From Yuukianura sp. NJ FZ-2021 (lineage: Eukaryota), in the NCBI GenBank assembly GCA_046563655.1, contig CM102283.1:9548001-9612000 (forward strand): 64,000 nt of DNA. The letters are read 5' to 3'. The position numbers and the translations under genes are program-made. Every line of letters starts with the position of its first letter. Position 1 is the first letter of the stretch. This document shows, in pieces, positions 25,701-37,048 of this stretch. The notes under the pieces are model-generated. The model was not told the DNA's origin, did not search any database, and was given only the letters and a program-made list of their open reading frames with translations.

Positions 25701-28700
25701 GATCGTAGATGAGCAAATGGGTGGCAACTCTCCGCCGCCGCTCATTTCCCGCCTCCGTGACCCCAACTCCCCACCAGGTCACAACTCCAATTCAAATTCT
25801 AGCTCCACCAGCGGGGTGGGGCTGAGTCCACAGTCTATGTCTTCTGGATCTTCATCTGTCATTTTCACCAAAATCCACCATCAAGGTCAAAGGTCACCAA
25901 GCCACCACCATCAAGGTCAAAGGTCACCAAACTCCAGTCCTGTGCCATCTCCCCACCTCCACTTGATGGGCAGCCACCTTCCGTTGCTAAGCAACCAAAG
26001 CCACCTCCACGCTCGCTTAACAACAGGACCCACCAACAACCATGCCTCTCCTATCCCAGACCTGCGCAACATTGCCATGGAAAAAGTGGATCCACTTTCA
26101 GTAGTTACTTCAACTAGTCTCTCATTCCACCACCATTCACTCTACAGAATCAATGGAGTTCGGCCGGAAGTCATTTCAGGTGGGGCCGTCACCACCAGCC
26201 CCACCGGAGCAAGCCCGCCCCACCATCCAGGCGTCCCACCCAGGAAGTCCCCAAATCACACATCTCGCAGTCCCACGGGCTCTCCACATAGCAACTCAGG
26301 CTCATCCATCAGTTCAGTCATGGGCAATGGGTCAATCCACTCTCCTGGGTCAAACACAATTGTGGCTGGCGGGAGTCTGGGAATTTCAAATGGCAACCAT
26401 GGCAACGGCACAGGAAGTAACCATCACCATGTCAACTTGAACCGGACACCGACTGTGATCATGGGAGAAGCCGGCGGAGTGAGAACCATGCTCTGGTCAC
26501 AAAATCTGCCCTCTGACCTCCCCCCACTCGGCAACTCACCCCCCACCCCCAATCCCCACCCCTACACCCTCCCACCTCCAATAATGACTAATGGAAATGG
26601 GCACTTGACCCCTCATGACCTCCACCCCTCCCCACCCTCTGCTCCACCAAAGGGCTCTTTGAGCATGGAACGCCTCTGGGCATCCGAAGCCCTTAACCTA
26701 TCGACTGGCCCAGGGTCCATGGGTACTTCAAATAGTGTCAATTCCAAGGGCTCTTACTCCTCCTCCTCCTCCTCCTCCTCTCCTCCTCAGAATGGAATCT
26801 ACCAACACCATCACATTACAAATTCTAATCCGGAGGATGAGGAGTCTGAGCAACCCATGATTTGCATGATCTGCGAAGATCGAGCCACCGGCCTCCACTA
26901 TGGAATCATCACGTGTGAAGGGTACTTCAAAATTTTACAAATTTCTTACATTCTTGTCTGTGTCTGTCCAAATTTTCAAAAAAAAAAGTAAAAAAAAAAT
27001 CTTGAAACTTTCATCTATTTTTAAAAACAAAAAACTTTCACCAGTATTTTCTCTCCAAAGAGAAAACGACTACTCACCTCAAAAAATTGGAAAATCTGAA
27101 CCCCAAGGGACAATTTCTTGTAGAATTTGTGTTTAATTAATATAAATAATTAAATAAATTAATTAAATATAATATATTTTTGTAGGTGCAAAGGTTTTTT
27201 CAAGCGGACAGTTCAGAATCGTCGTGTGTATACCTGTGTAGCCGATGGTACCTGTGAAATTACGAAAGCTCAGCGGAATCGCTGCCAGTACTGCCGGTTC
27301 AAGAAATGTATTGAGCAGGGAATGGTGCTCCAAGGTCAGTTGAAACAATTAACATTGTTCTCTAATCTAATTAAATGTGATAACTAATTAATCTCATGAT
27401 TAACTAAATATCAACTGACCTGTTTAATTTTTTAGCTGTGCGTGAGGATCGCATGCCGGGGGGACGGAATTCTGGTGCGGTGTACAACCTATACAAAGTT
27501 CCGGTAAGTCCATAAATTATCTTTTAGTTTGTTCTGGAAGTAGGTGACCGACTATTCCTCGGAAAAGTCTGTTTTTCCTGCCTTCCTTTGTTTACTGTTG
27601 ATGACAGAAGGTGTTCTAATCCTCTGACTTTTGTTGTAATTTTAGGTCAAATACCGGAAGCACAAGAAAGGAAATCGGAGCGTAGGAGTGAAAGGAGAGA
27701 AAATGAATGGGGCGACGAATGGGCTGATTAATTGCAATCCTGCGCAGAATGGGATGAATGGTTCTGCGCAGCAGCAGCACGTACTGCCACCATCTCAGTC
27801 CAGTATGACTGGAACCATTCTCAAAGCAGCTCTCACGAGTCCAAATGAGGTCAACCACTTAAGGCAGGGCATTCCCTTTGAACAGGCCGCCGGCATGATT
27901 ACTCATTTGGTCCAATGTGACAACTTCCATGACATTGCGGCTCTCCAGGTACGTCACCTCGCCTGACCTTTCCATTTTTTCTTAAAAAAACAAAATTTTC
28001 TAAGAGGTAGCGACCAAAACCGGTTTTTGAAAAGTAAACAGCGTGACGTCACTGGGAGTGAAAATACGGTTTTTATCTAAGTTTTTACGCTATTTCTGAG
28101 CTATCAGCAAAAATTTTGAGGCTAAAATGATGAAAATGTTTAGAAGCACTGTAAATGAGTATATATTTAAATATTTCGCTGGTTTGGAATAAATATTTTT
28201 GGCAGCCCTGCCTATTAGCCTTCTAAATTCTCAACTGAAAATGACTTTTGGAAATTGACTAAAAATGACTTTTTCTACTTTTTCGTAGAACTGGGAGGAA
28301 CTTTTGGAAGGTGGCGGTGACCTGTCGGAGAAGTTGTGTCAAATGGGTGACTCCATTGTGTACCGTCTCGTCCAGTGGACCAAACGACTTCCCTTTTACC
28401 AAGAAGTGCCAGTTGAAGTGCACACACGAGTGCTGACACATAAATGGCACGAACTGCTTGTTCTGACGACTTCTGCGTGGCAAGCAATGCACACTCCAGG
28501 GCCTCCGACTTCCCTGACTGCCGAGGAGGAGACGATGGAGAACATTCAGATTCTGCAGAGATGCCTGCAGGCGATGATGGGGAGGTCATTGACCTTGGAG
28601 CAGCTCAGACAAGATGTAGGTCAAATGGTCGAAAGACTCACGTACCTCACGAGGTCATTCAGACGCCTCGGAATAAGACTGGAAGAATATGTGGCCCTCA

Positions 28701-29085
28701 AAGTCATTGCCATGCTCCAGAATACTGGTACGAAATCCAAAAAAAAAACACGATTTTTTTAAGGAATTTCGAAATTTTGAAATTTTGACCTGAAGTGATT
28801 GACCTTTTGCAGGCACAAAGTCAAATGAAGTTGCAGTAATCCAAGAACGATACATAAAATGTCTCCGGGCATTCCTAGAAGTCACATGTCCTGCATACCC
28901 TAATCGTTTGAACGAACTACTGCGAACTTTGCCAGAGGTATTTTGAAATTTTTTTTAAAAAATGAATTTTTTTTTAATTTGAATTTGGATTTTTTTTTCA
29001 GGTTCAGTCTGCCGCTGCCCTGCTTCTGGAAAGCAAAATGTTTTACGTTCCTTTTTTACTCAATTCAGCACTCCTACAGAGATAG
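22737..29085 (+). CDS. HR4: Nuclear receptor HR4 (NR6A/GCNF class), multi-exon
   Basis: Phase-consistent GT-AG exons: 22737-22836 (putative), 23300-23471 ([31 protein letters not shown], the insect HR4 N-terminal motif), 25239-26921 (low-complexity A/B region with [19 protein letters not shown] and LSMERLW, then first zinc finger [20 protein letters not shown]), 27186-27334 ([17 protein letters not shown]...[14 protein letters not shown]), 27436-27503 ([21 protein letters not shown]), 27646-27948, 28289-28727 ([25 protein letters not shown]), 28813-28937, 29002-29085 ([18 protein letters not shown]). Confidence 0.95.
24918..25228. repeat. Imperfect intronic tandem duplication just upstream of the HR4 acceptor at 25238
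   Basis: ttcttgtccttgcttttactgtttcaaaattcttgtgctttcactt occurs twice ~183 bp apart, followed by shared ttttttgtcttgct and ttttcaaattttcaaaattttgaaa blocks. Confidence 0.85.
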
Positions 29086-29086
29086 G

Positions 29087-29107
29087 AGGTCAATGACCTC
29101 TTGACCT
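29087..29107. promoter_or_regulatory. Perfect IR1 EcRE plus DR2 immediately after the HR4 stop codon
   Basis: TAG(29083-29085)-g-AGGTCA-a-TGACCT-ct-TGACCT. Confidence 0.55.
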
Positions 29108-31048
29108 CTCCTGCATCTTAGTCATTACTTCTTTAATTGATTTTAACCTTTGACCTTCTAATTTTAATTAATTAGTTAACTAAAATTAGTTAATTTGTTT
29201 TATAAAGCCGCTCCTTACTCTTTGTTTTACTGTCAATACATTCTACAATGTAATGTCGTTGTTCTCATTCTAGTTTCCTACTAGTTTTAGAGTTTTAGTA
29301 TTTTAGAAATTCAAGGTTTCATAATTTCCTGTGTCAAAATTTCAGTTTTCGAAATTGTAGTTCGACTTCACTAGTAATCTGTGTCAGCTTGCTGCAAATC
29401 CCACCTAAAGAACTTGACCATCGTAAAAACAATTTTAAAATTTCACAATTTTTGAAGATTTTGGGAAATGACGATGAGGAGGCCTTGTTAGAGAGAGTGA
29501 GAAAGATAACAGTTTCAAAACTGTAAAAATTTGCCCACACTTTTCAAAAATCCCTAAAGTAATTTCGTTTTTTTGGAAATCCTGTTTCGAACGGTTTAAA
29601 AACGTCCTGTTTGTAAATATACGTCTTCTAGAAATAAGTCGACAAATTGATCTCCCGTTTTTTTGTCAGCTAAAGTTTAGTAAAAATTTTAAAATTTAAA
29701 GTACGATTTAGAAAAAATGCATTCAGATCACAATTTTACCTAAAAGTGGAATACTTTCCAAACAGACGGACAGAAAGTCGGCTCGTGTTTTCGACAGTGT
29801 GATAAAGACTTGAGAGAGAGAGAAAAAATTGCAGAAATATTTTCACATTCGTAAAATTTCGGCGGTGCAAACCCTCCCTAATAACACAAAATGTTGGCGG
29901 CACAAGTTGAAAAAAGTTGAAAAAGTGACGGTTTAGGTTAAAAAAGACTAAAATATTTCAAAGGTGCAGAAATTTTAAGAATTCGGTCGAAAAGTGAAAA
30001 TTTTGTAATCTGTTTAGCAATGTACCTTATTATAATAATTTTAACTTTGGGATTGTAATACTAAACGGTGTAGTTTAACTTTTTTTGGGTCGTAGTTATA
30101 AATTAAAGGTAATTTTAGAATTTTAGTTCAGTAAATTTAAAAAGTTAGATTTAAAACTGATTGCCGCCGAAGTGGGATAATCACTCATCAAGCTAAACTG
30201 TGAATTTTAAAATGCTAAATTACACACACTTCTTAATTAACTCCAATGTAATTTCCGTATTCAATAATTAACTGCAGCATTAATTAAAACTTCACACCTC
30301 CCCATCCCAAAATGTTGAGCACTTTTACTATCTTGCCAAACACTGAAAATTTTCAAAATTTTGAAAACTGATTTGCGTTGATGTTCTCGGTAGCTATACA
30401 CTTTATCTTAAAAAGTTTGCACATTAAAAAGTTAGCGGGGGAATTGACCTAAGGTTGAGAGTACAATTAAAAATTGTGAATTTTAATCAAGGCAGTTTTT
30501 AATTAAGTTTTTTTCTAATTAATTTTCTTCATTTTAAAACTCATCTGTTGATTTCTAGGTTAATTTTCTTCCTATTTACCACAAATGTATTAAAAAGTTA
30601 TATGGATTTATAGAAAAAGTAAAATTTCAATTTGAATCTGTTTAAAAAAAATTGTATAAATTTCTAAAAAAAATTTCTAGTCATGTCACAAAAAAATAGA
30701 AACTTGGGGAAAATTATGTTCATTAGGAAAGCAATTGGACTGTTTTAGTTCCGTTTTTATCGAAAAATCAATGTAAAGCGGCCATTTTGAAAATGAAAGT
30801 GAATAGTTACAATTTATAAAAAAAATACTATTGAATTTGTGCAAATTTGAAATTTTTTTGGGGGTTTTGGGAATTTTAGGGGCGGGGGAAGAAGTTAAAG
30901 TTTAACTAAAAGTTAGAAAGAGAGAATATATTAATTTTTTTTTGTAATTGAAATCAAAAGTTTGGAATTAATTGTAATTATAAGGTTAACTAAGGTTAAA
31001 TTTAACTAAGCCGTGCTATATTACTACATGTCTTATTTTTAGTCAAAC

Positions 31049-31054
31049 AATAAA
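31049..31054 (+). terminator. Candidate HR4 polyadenylation signal (AATAAA), implying a ~2 kb 3' UTR
   Basis: AATAAA at the end of a long AT-rich ORF-poor stretch after the HR4 stop and just before the 131-bp satellite. Confidence 0.35.
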
Positions 31055-31153
31055 ATTATAAACAAATCATCTTTTACAAATGAAGTCGTTAAATCTCCGA
31101 ACTTTTTCTTCAACTTTTATTTTTCCACACTTTTTCCAAAAATAAGACGCTAA

Positions 31154-31764
31154 GAAGGTGTGATTGTGTTTTTAAAAATCAATATTTTGGAATTTTTTAA
31201 ATTTCCATAAAAAGGGAAAATGCACTTGAGTCAATTTGTTAGCCTAATCCTGACATTTTCCAAAAGTCCTTCTGTAGAAAGTTGGAAGGTGTGATGGTCT
31301 TTCAAAAAAACAATATTTTGGAATTTTTTAAATTTCCATAATAAAGGAAAATGCACTTTAGTGAATTTGTTAGCCTAATACTGACTTTTTCCAAAAGTCC
31401 TTCTGTAGAAAGTTAGAGGGTGTGATGGTGTTTTACAAAAACGATATTTTGGAATTTTTTAAATTTCCATAAAAAAGGAAAATGCACTTTAGTGAATTTG
31501 TTAGCCTAATCCTGACATTTTCCAAAAGTCCTTCTGTAGAAAGTTGGAAGGTGTGATGGTCTTTTAAAAAAACATTATTTTGGAATTTTTTAAATTTCCA
31601 TAAAAAAGGAAAATGCACTTTAGTGAATTTGTTAGCCTAATCCTGACATTTTCCAAAAGTCCTTCTGTAGAAAGTTGGAAGGTGTGATGGTCTTTTAAAA
31701 AAACAATATTTTGGAATTTTTCAATTTCTCATAAACTAGGAAGATACACTTTAGTGAATTTGTT
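31154..31764. repeat. 131-bp tandem repeat, about 4.6 copies
   Basis: Units start at 31154, 31285, 31416, 31547 and 31678 (gaaggtgtgatggtc...ttagcctaatcctgacattttccaaaagtccttctgtagaaagttg). Copies are highly similar. Confidence 0.95.
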
Positions 31765-32084
31765 TTGGTTCATGTGAAATTTTGTTTACTTTTTCTTTGC
31801 AAATATCGCCAAAAACTGGTATGGAATTGGCAAAAACTTAAGACTAGACAATTAGGTTGATCTGACTAAAGCTTCTTAGCCGTTAAACTGAAAGTGGTTA
31901 CAAGTGGTATCAAAAACACAAAAAATATTTTTGATACACCTAATTTAAAGTGTAAATATTATTGTACGTTGCATATTGGTTCATGATATTCGTTCATTTA
32001 GTCTCAAAACATCTTAACTTACGGTAGTGTTTAAGTAATGTTCGGGAATGTCTAGAAAACGTGGTATTTTGACGGGTTTGGAAT

Positions 32085-34069
32085 TTAGTTGAGTTCTTTA
32101 CACTTGAGGCAGTCGTCCATCTTTTCACTGAAATCTTCTATCTGAATCGTAACTTCTGAAAATCCGTACTTCGTCTTGACACGTTGTGAAGATTTGCGTA
32201 GAATCTGATTTGCACTGTACTTGGCAGTTGGATCTAAACAAAATTTGACAAGAGTTTAAAAAAAGTTAATTTTTGTTAGTTTAACTTAACTAATTAAGTT
32301 ATTTTTTTTTCTTACCAACAGCAAGATGAGCCGAGAGTGCCATTCTGTCCATCGAGAGTGACCAAATTCTTAAATTGTGCACTTTGTACACTCCCTTGAC
32401 ACTTAAGAGCGTCTCTCTTACTTGGTTGAAGTCAACGCCCTTTGGAATTCCTGCAAAATCCGTTTTCGAAAAAAATTTGGAATTTTTCAAAATTTTGAAC
32501 TATTTGCGATTTTGACTGACCTTCCATGAGGACAACGATTGCATCAGTGACAATGGCATAGGTCGTACCAAGCACAAGAATAGAAAAGAGAAATGTGCAA
32601 ATGGGATCCACAATGGCCCAATCCGGCTGTAAAAGTTACAACTTCAATGTCACAAGTGTAATTTTTTGAAATTTCGAAATTTTGAAAGTTTTTTTTTCGA
32701 AATTGACGAACCTTGAAAAATATAACGAGAGCTGCAATGAAGACACCGACACTTTGCAAGAAGTCGCCAATGACGTGGATGAAGGCTGCCCGGACGTTGA
32801 TGTTTGGTTTGTGGACGGTTTCTGGCGTTTCAGAGGAATCGTCACTCGTGTCACCCTCTTCGATGTCGCCGGCGACATTGTCACTGGATTTCGGAACTTC
32901 TTTGTGTTCTTCATGTCCAGAACTTCCTCCGCCGTGACTGTGTCCATGACTATGGCCGCCACCGTGAGTGTGAGCGTGCTGATGAAGTGTACATCCCATT
33001 CTGAAATTTTGAAAAATCAATTTTTTTCAAAAAAGTTCAAAAAAACTTGGGGCAATGTGAGACTTACATGATGTTGACGACCAATCCAACGCCGGAGGTG
33101 ATCAGCATAATGACGGCATCAATTTCGTAAGTTTTGTTGACAATTCGCTGAATGGCCATGAAAATGAGGATTCCAGTGACCACCCAGATGAGAAGCACAG
33201 AGGTCAAGGCACCAATGACTTCTAAAAGGTCAAAGGTCAAAGGTCACTAGAGGTCAAAGGTCACAGTGTATTTGGAAATGTTACCTGCTCGATGGTAGCC
33301 ATAACTGAGGCGTTTTGTGGCTGGTCGTTCTGAAATGTACAGAGCGAAAAGAGAGATCATGAATCCAGCAAAGTCTGTCAGCAAATGAGCAGCATCAGTA
33401 GCCACCGCTAAACTCCCGGCCAAAACACCACCTAAAAATTTCAATTTTTTGAAATTTTTTGAAAAACTCAAAATTTCAACAGTTTTGCCATTTCGAGTCT
33501 TGCTTCTTACCAACAGCTTCGACTATCATAAAGACAACACAGAGTGCACTTGCGAGCCACAACTTTTTACGAGCTTTCTTGTCTATCGCTTTTTGCAGCT
33601 CGTCATCGTGACAGTGCTCTCCAGAATCTTTACAAAAATTGAATTTTGAAAAATTAAATTTTGAAAAACTAAGTTTTGAAAAACAAAATTTCAAAATTTC
33701 TTAAATTGTAGTGTTAACCTGTGACAGTGATTGACATGTTTCTTCTCCTCGGTGGACTTTTGCCGGTGACCCCTTGACCTTTGCTTGCCCCTTGATCCTG
33801 GTAGCTCTGAGTGCCCTTGCAGTACCCACACACAAAACTGTCATCCGAAGGGCATTCGCAGTACCCCCTCTCACCCCTGTCGTCTGGACTGCTCCCATAG
33901 CCTCGATTCACTTCTCCCGTTAACCTAGTCAGTAAAAACAGAAACTTCAATTAACTAATTAGCAATTAACTAAAATTAACAATTAACATAAATTTTATAT
34001 CAAAGCTTCACAAATGACACTTCACACACCCACTTCCACAAAAACTTACAACGGACGCTTCTCTTCCAT
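32085..34069 (-). CDS. Zinc transporter, SLC30/ZnT family (ZnT2/3/8-like vesicular type)
   Basis: Exons 34069-34050, 33924-33719, 33627-33511, 33431-33285, 33221-33068, 33000-32712, 32626-32521, 32450-32316, 32233-32085. Motifs HCH..ARKKLWLAS, SLAVATDAAHLLTD (TM2 HxxxD), YGYHRAEVIGA, His-rich loop HAHTHGGGHSHGHSH, NINVRAAFIHVIGD (TM5 HxxxD), DPICTFLFS, LMEGIP, VHNLRIWSL, TIQIE. Confidence 0.95.
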
Positions 34070-37048
34070 TTTCACCAACAAAAACTAGAATTGGACCTTC
34101 CGAGGCCAAAATTTTAAAAACTTTGGATATAAAAAACTGTAGTTTTGTCACAAAATGGGCCAAACACCAGAGAGGATGACAAAGAATTTGAATGAATTTT
34201 GTATTTTAATGTCAACTTTTGTGAAGGTGACCACTGTTGTCGTGTGACATGGGACAGACAATGGTGTCCACTGGACTCAAACGTGACTGGAACTGGAACA
34301 ATAAGTATGAAACTTATTAAGTTGTGGATCGTGTGCAAAAGATGAAATTAATAGAAATCTGGTGAATTAGTTTGTAGGGTTGATGACTACGTGTCTGTTG
34401 AAGGCTGGAGATGATATGGAGTCCACCCAGAACTGACAAGATACCAAAAGTACTAAAAGTGTCACACTGGTCCTTGGACAGAGTTTTAGGATTATTTGAT
34501 CTTCACTGTTTCTTTTGCACGCGGAACTACCGCTATTTCCAAAAAAAAATGATAACTTAAGTCAAGCACTTCTAAGCTATAAGTGATTTCACGTAGAGAA
34601 TGTAAATGGGAATGGTTTTCAAAAATAAAAAATGCTTCACAAAAAAAGGTTTTGAAAAGTTGTGAAAAATTTTAGTTTCGAGTCCAAAAAGTGTACTGTG
34701 CCCGTTGCCTATTTTTGTCTAAAAACAAGAAGTCTGTGCGTCAGCAAAACAAGACGTCTTTTCTTTAAGAAAAAAAAAGTTTAATCTCAAGCTTGTTTTT
34801 CATAAAAAAAAGGTTAAATTTTGAAGATGTCTAAAAGTCTAAGGTTTGGAGACAGTAAGTAAACATTTAAGTAAGTGTCTAGATAAGTCATTGTCCGCTG
34901 TGACATTGGTTACTTTCCACACATCACTTGCATGTCCATGGTCCACAGAATTAAAATTTAAGGAGGAAGAACAAGATGAGAGTTAATCTTTAGTCAAGGT
35001 CATGACCCTTGACCCCCACCTTCCACCTCAATTCATTCTCACTACACTTTTAAACACAATGCTCAACTTATTCCACTATTTACGGAACTTTAGTTTTAAA
35101 ACTCTCAAAATACTTTTAACTTTAGAAAAAACTTCACCTTTTTTTCAAAGTGCTAAGTGTTTAAACCATTTTAGACTGATCTAATTTTCCATTTAGTTTA
35201 ATTATGCTTAGTTAATCAGATTGAGTTCTCGGATAATTGGGACAATTTAAAACCGCAATAAGTCTTGCGGTTTTCTGATGTTTCGTTTTCCATTTGATTA
35301 GAACTTTAGTTGTATTGGAATTAAAATGCGATTCTAACTTGAAATAAAATCTGCCGTGATCCAAGGACACTCACAATTGCAGTTTAGAGGTCACGGATTA
35401 GTTAACTTACATGCATTCCTTGTCCACTGTCGTTTTAGGAACAGGCATAACACCAACTGTCGTTATGCAACAATTTCAAAAAAAATGTTATTAGCTAAAC
35501 AGCAAAACACTCAACGGTTCAAAATTTTGAAAAACCTTTTTCAATATGTTTCCAATTTAGGTGAAAACGGTTTCTGAAAATGTGAAAATAGTTTAAAATT
35601 GAGCCACAACTAATTTAAAAGTCGTTGAGGTTGTGCAAAAACATGTGCTGGAAATTAGACCAGCTTTAACTTCACAAAAGTTTCGTAAACATAATGCTCA
35701 CCACTCTATTTCAATTTCTACACAGACGTTCAATCAACACGGAAATTGCATTAGTAAAGAGACACACAATTGAGCATAAATAGTTTTAGCAAAAAAGTAA
35801 AAAGTTGACCTTTCTAAGCTTAAATAAGTTTTAGTTTTAGTAAAAAGTAAAAAGTTGACCTTTCGTAATGCGGGAGTGTTTTGGAGTAGCGTCTGTGTGT
35901 CACTGTGTCAGATGACCTGGATCTCCTCAGTGGCCATAAAGTGGACATCTTCTAAGGTCAAGAGGTCAAAGTTGTGCAACCAAACTACTTTTTAATAACT
36001 TAAGTAGAACACTTAACTAGTTTAGCAAATTGTACACCGCAAAAAGGTTCCCCGTCAGCAACTGAATTTTTAGCAAAAGTTCAGACTGGAAGGTTAGCAA
36101 TAAACCAATTCCGGAATACGGAGAAAACAGATGTATTTTTTTGTTTTAGTTCCCAAATTATTTTTTGAGTAAGCAGCAAGTGGAATTTGCACAAAAGAAA
36201 TGGCAATCATCCACTTTTTGGTTCACTCAACCTGCCAACTACTTTGCCAAAATGAAAAAACTCACCCCCTCGAGCACTATAGTTGAATGTTAAGTTAACA
36301 ATTACCTTGAAAGATACTTACAACTAAACTCATACTGCACAATGCCAAGTACCAAGTACAACCTCCTGTCGACTTCTAATGAACTCCATTGTGTTACCAA
36401 AACCACCAATCATTAACACTTTCATGCTCAAAAGTTAACTAAAACTAGCGTCAGCAATTTTAATAATGAAATGCCAAACTAGAAAAAAAAACTAAAAGTT
36501 AGATCGAACCAGTTTTTGTTAATGAATAGACTTCACATTAACAACTTCACTCAACCCTGTTGTTCTCTCCAGTTTCCGCTTTTCAAAAAAAAATGGCTGT
36601 AAATTGAGATTTACATTTTTTTGATGATTTATTAACTTTTGAATTGTATCGAGAGGCGTTCAAGTTTAAATTTAAGAGTCAGCGTTTAAATTTAGGCACA
36701 TTCACAGAAATACGAAAAGAAAGAGGAGTAAATCGTAGATTGAACCTTCAAAATTAATTTAGCGGCAAACGGTCTGCTTTTTAAATTTTAAGGTTGCGGA
36801 AATCGGGAAACTTGGATGCACGCTGAACATCCTTCTACGTCAAAGTGTAGACTACAACAGATTTTAAGTTTCAAAAATTTTTTGAAATCAATAAATTTTT
36901 GAAAAACAAACATTTTTTGAAGTCGTTTCATAACATAATAGAAGTAGCGGTTTGACTCAAACTTACAACCTCGAACAGTAAAATTTTGGAATCGAAACTT
37001 TTTCACTTTTCGCTTGACTGCGGAATGCAACTTGCGAAATGAAAGAAA

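Noticed and set aside
31154-31764. CRISPR-like array
   Set aside because: Whole 131-bp units repeat with no unique spacers, there are no cas genes, and the context is eukaryotic.
32682-33071. Antisense ORFs overlapping ZnT (similarly over HR4, STAM, DUF229 and GABA-B exons)
   Set aside because: Shadow frames of real coding exons with no independent support.
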